Positions 60,644 through 64,000 of a DNA stretch of 64,000 nucleotides are shown here, piece after piece. The notes beneath the pieces were generated by a model, which saw nothing but the letters and a program-made list of their open reading frames with translations, had not been told where the DNA came from and made no database searches. The stretch comes from Planctomycetota bacterium (GTDB lineage Bacteria; Planctomycetota; UBA1135): the NCBI GenBank assembly GCA_045047305.1, contig JASFYO010000082.1, positions 15,581-79,580 on the forward strand, given 5' to 3'. Position 1 is the stretch's first letter; each line of letters opens with the position of its first letter. A program made the translations under genes and the position numbers.

Positions 60644-62980
60644 TTAAGCGTGCGCTGTAGCCGGTGCACCAGCAGCGGCAAAGCGCTTGTCGCGATTGGC
60701 GACGAAGTGCTTGATGCCTGCCAACAAATGCGTTGGATTGAGATGGGCCTCTTCGAGAATTTCATCGCCCGAACCGCCGCTACGCCAACGGTTGTCCCAA
60801 TCGGAACCCATCGCGTAATCAAAGCTGGTTTGGTGCGCGGTCCACAGCCACATCATTTGGCGTGCGCCATTGGTGATGCAGGTGCTATTGAACCAATCCT
60901 CCTTGCTCGCGACAGATTCGCGGTAAGCCTCGGACTGCAACATGAACAACTCATGACTGACAGCAGCCACAATTTTGATGTTCGGGCCATCGCCATCAAA
61001 GGCGCCATCCTTCAGCAACTTCACCACCGATGCCGAGGAGGAGGTGCCGCGTAGGAAGATACATCCGTCAGCAGGACGCGATGGATCGTAATCGCGAATC
61101 AGGTAAGCGCCTTTCGCCGCATCCATGTGCGATGCCATGCCTAAAGCCTCGCGGTCTGGGACTTCAATGTTCGGACGGGTGAGGTGAATCGCAACAATCG
61201 GCGCATCGGTCGCGAGCGCAGCAAGCAGGCAAGGGCCGACTTCATTGGGCTCATACGGGTGGATGTCCATGACCTGACCCCGTGGGAAGAACTGCGTGAT
61301 ACCCGGCGAGAAAATGCCGAAGTGAGTGCGCGAATCTTCTGCGGTTTCTGGACCGGAGTGACCGACCACCCAAATCACCTTGCCAAGCTTCAACGGGCTA
61401 TCCTGCGCAAGTTGCGAGAACAGGCGCATCGGGCCGTATTTGAGGTAGGAGAAGCTTCCGTAGGTGGAACATGCGCCCCAATACCCAACGAAATTCTTCT
61501 CTGGATCACCGGCCATGTTGGTGGCAGCAAGACCACACATGAGGCCAGCATTGCTGAACTCCGTGATGGTGGTTGGGAGCAGCGCACCTTCCTTATTTCC
61601 CTTGCGGTCATACCAGCCGAATCCTTTCTCGCCATCCGAATCCTTGGCGAAACCCGAGATGTTGGTGCTGTCTGCAAGGTCGGCAGAACAGGCGATGACC
61701 ACTGGACGGCCATATTTCTTTTTCGAAACCGCATTCAAGTGCGCACCAATCATGGCGAATCCTTTGCGGTTCGGCGCCATGGTGCCCGGTTTGATAAACA
61801 CATGGTCTGGCAGTTGCGCTGGATCGGTCAGTTCTGGATCCTTGGTCGGGTCCATGTTGCTGAGGCGGAAGCCGTCGGCCTTTTCTGGAACGCTATCGCC
61901 GAGTGCAACCAAGCGGTCCGCGAGCCATGTGCAGAAGTTGTCATCGTCCAGCAAAGACATGGCAACCTCAAGGTTGTCGGAGGTCTGCTGACGGAAGTCG
62001 TCATTGCTTTCTGGACGAGGCTGATCTTGGCCGGCAAAAGAAACGTCGTACTTGCTGGCGAATTCTTGTTTGGTGTGCCAGAAGATTTCCGAGTTTGGCT
62101 TGTGCGCTGCGCCGTGCGAGGCATAACCGGTTACACCATAACCGCGTCCTTTGGTAGTTTTAAACCAAGTGCAGCGTGGTTGATCACCGGTCGCGTAAAC
62201 ACTGGCGAGCATCGCTTTGGTGACTTGCGCATAATCTGCGCCATCCTCAGCACCATTGGTAATCCACCCGTAAGACTCAAACCACTCTTGCGGCTCGCCA
62301 TAAACCATGTCGGAGTAGGGGCGTGGGTCGATGCCGTTGTCATTCCAATCCAACAAGTAGTTGAGGTTGCCAAGACCAAGGCCCCAAGCAGTTGCTTTGG
62401 TCTCATGATGACAGCCGGCGGTGTGGCCGCCCTCGCCTTCCACCGCAAACACGCGCACTTCTTCGGCGCCAGCATGCTTCAAAGAGAGTGCGATTCCTGC
62501 AGCGACTGGAGCGCCGTGACCGGAAGGCCCAGTGTTGGCGGCGAAGATCATGGTCTTGCCTTCAGCTTCTGCGTGGCCAGAAAGCCCGCCGTTGTGACGT
62601 AAGTTCAACAAGTCTTCCCACACCAAGGTGCGCTCCTCACCACCATAAACCGCGTACTTCTTGTCGCCGGTTTTCGCGTACATTCGCCGCAGAGCTTCGT
62701 TGTAAACCGCAAGCATGGCGTAGACCACAGGAACGCAGTGGCCTGCAATCAGCACAAATTTGTCGCTGAAGGCTTTGTCCGGGCGGCGGACATCCCAACG
62801 CATGGCGCCGGATAGTGTGAGCGCCACCATGGTCTGCACTTTGGAGCGTGAACCACCAGGGTGACCGGACTGACGGAGGTTGAGCATCAGGTCGATGCAC
62901 TGGTCCATCATGTCGCCAACTTTCTCCCACTGTGGGAAGTCGGCGGTAAGGGATTTCATGTCGGGGACGGGTCGGGCCAT
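60644..62980 (-). CDS. tkt: Transketolase family protein
   Basis: SGHPGGS, LIAGH, NTGPSGHG, TTKGRG, SADLADST and GHSGPETAEDSRTH motifs. Confidence 0.85.
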   Translation of the reverse strand: MARPVPDMKSLTADFPQWEKVGDMMDQCIDLMLNLRQSGHPGGSRSKVQTMVALTLSGAMRWDVRRPDKAFSDKFVLIAGHCVPVVYAMLAVYNEALRRMYAKTGDKKYAVYGGEERTLVWEDLLNLRHNGGLSGHAEAEGKTMIFAANTGPSGHGAPVAAGIALSLKHAGAEEVRVFAVEGEGGHTAGCHHETKATAWGLGLGNLNYLLDWNDNGIDPRPYSDMVYGEPQEWFESYGWITNGAEDGADYAQVTKAMLASVYATGDQPRCTWFKTTKGRGYGVTGYASHGAAHKPNSEIFWHTKQEFASKYDVSFAGQDQPRPESNDDFRQQTSDNLEVAMSLLDDDNFCTWLADRLVALGDSVPEKADGFRLSNMDPTKDPELTDPAQLPDHVFIKPGTMAPNRKGFAMIGAHLNAVSKKKYGRPVVIACSADLADSTNISGFAKDSDGEKGFGWYDRKGNKEGALLPTTITEFSNAGLMCGLAATNMAGDPEKNFVGYWGACSTYGSFSYLKYGPMRLFSQLAQDSPLKLGKVIWVVGHSGPETAEDSRTHFGIFSPGITQFFPRGQVMDIHPYEPNEVGPCLLAALATDAPIVAIHLTRPNIEVPDREALGMASHMDAAKGAYLIRDYDPSRPADGCIFLRGTSSSASVVKLLKDGAFDGDGPNIKIVAAVSHELFMLQSEAYRESVASKEDWFNSTCITNGARQMMWLWTAHQTSFDYAMGSDWDNRWRSGGSGDEILEEAHLNPTHLLAGIKHFVANRDKRFAAAGAPATAHA

Positions 62981-62994
62981 GGGGCGCTATTCTA

Positions 62995-63804
62995 TCAAAG
63001 CAACCATAGCTTTAGCTCTTCGGGCGTCATCCAGTGAATCCCAGCAGCCGGAGCGGCTTGCAAAGTGAACCAGTAAAAACCTTCTGGCACCTGGATCTCG
63101 CGGTAGAAATCGAGGTACATCTGGTGTGCTGGGTTGCCTTTCGGCAGGTTGGCACCTTCGACACCGTCACCGTCCCAGGAATGCACTCCAATTTTCGCGC
63201 TTTCATCGTAACTGCGCTTGGTGGCACTCATGAAAAAGTCAACTCCACCTGAGGCGATCATGCCATCGGCGGCGACATGGGCCGCGAGGCCGGATTGGTG
63301 CATGAGTCGGCCTAAGCGGACCAGGGTGTCGTCATCCATGGAGCCGGGCACCTCAACCATGCGAATCCCTTTGAGATGACGGTTTTCATGTAACAGACGT
63401 AGAAACTGGGGCATCGACCAGGGGCCAATCACACCGTTCATTTCCGCCCAGTCATCAGCGCCGACCTGAAAGCTAGTGGGCTCATCTTCTTCCATGACTA
63501 GAAGGGCACGGAGCCAGCGCGCTTCGGTGGTGTAATCGGGTTTGTCGTCGCCAGTTTGGGTGATAAATTCCCGCCATTCCGCAGCACTGACTCCGCTCCC
63601 GGTCGGTTTTTGAAAATGCTCTTCCGCGAGCATCACGGCGTTTTGCGCCTCGAAGGGATCGAGTCTCTGGTCGCCATTGGTGTCAAAGAAAAGCAGAGTA
63701 CCCGCATGAGCTAGGGGTTTCTGCGCGGGTTCTTGCTGGGAGCAAAGCGAAAGCAAGAAAAGGAGGATGGCAGGAAGCCCTGCGCTGATAGAAATTCGCG
63801 CCAT
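62995..63804 (-). CDS. Exported protein with EF-hand-like loop and COG3904-like domain
   Basis: Signal peptide; DTNGDQRLD; VPGSMDD, IASGGVDFF, IGVHSW and FYWFTLQAAP..IHWMT motifs. Confidence 0.65.
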   Translation of the reverse strand: MARISISAGLPAILLFLLSLCSQQEPAQKPLAHAGTLLFFDTNGDQRLDPFEAQNAVMLAEEHFQKPTGSGVSAAEWREFITQTGDDKPDYTTEARWLRALLVMEEDEPTSFQVGADDWAEMNGVIGPWSMPQFLRLLHENRHLKGIRMVEVPGSMDDDTLVRLGRLMHQSGLAAHVAADGMIASGGVDFFMSATKRSYDESAKIGVHSWDGDGVEGANLPKGNPAHQMYLDFYREIQVPEGFYWFTLQAAPAAGIHWMTPEELKLWLL

Positions 63805-63956
63805 GGTCTGATTGTTACGGCTGAATTCGGGCGGTAACAACATATGGCCCCGCGGCTCCGAGTCCTAGGCTAGCATGGATCTAGAAAGCTTATGGAAAAA
63901 TTGTATTTGTGAACCTTACGTGAGAAAATCATGCTGTTATAGGGGTTGGAACACGC

Positions 63957-64000
63957 ATGGGACGCTCCATCCTCCTCATTGAAGACGACCTTGATTTCGC
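63957..64000 (+). CDS. Response regulator receiver domain, 5' end only
   Basis: MGRSILLIEDDLDF..., cut by the window edge. Confidence 0.6.
   Translation, partial: MGRSILLIEDDLDF

Noticed and set aside
61184..62602. 472-aa plus-strand ORF
   Set aside because: Antisense shadow of transketolase with no recognisable motifs.
1..64000. selA/selB/selD, tRNA-Sec, transposases, integrases and CRISPR arrays
   Set aside because: None recognisable in this window. The Sec machinery must lie elsewhere in the genome if the selenoprotein calls are right.

Overview
Bacterial chromosomal window, densely coded, with no tRNA, rRNA, CRISPR array or mobile element that I can recognise. Gene content suggests a Gram-negative organism, possibly a planctomycete (inference only). 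From left to right it holds: a copper/silver efflux cluster (partial copA, DUF2231-like protein, 4x TRASH/YHS-repeat protein, cusA/cusB/cusC, Cys-rich RGPP leader ORF), a GH13 glycosidase, large paralogous membrane-anchored beta-sandwich proteins, DoxX/LysR, nucleotide-sugar enzymes, a tandem pair of membrane-sensor hybrid kinases, lhgO, two ECF sigma modules, a TetR-controlled beta-oxidation locus, an M13 peptidase, a PAS-GGDEF-EAL protein, sodC, a nitroreductase, another hybrid kinase, a PhnCDE-like (putative selenate) ABC transporter and transketolase. The main hidden signal is three genes the ORF track splits or truncates at in-frame TGA codons. Each TGA sits at a CxxC-type Cys position and is followed by a SECIS-like hairpin, so these are probable selenoproteins. 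They are: (1) a signal-peptide outer-membrane transporter-like protein whose mature N-terminus is Q-U-G-G-U (two Sec, UxxU), divergent from the copper efflux operon; (2) a DUF3179 protein (UPLC); (3) a TlpA/thioredoxin-like protein (USPC). Also notable are a Bd0055-like bacterial histone, a His-to-Gln pseudokinase beside its intact paralogue, a matched pair of ECF promoters around an unannotated 55-aa ORF, many apparently leaderless promoters and several gene remnants. All family assignments come from motif recognition by eye; no searches were run.
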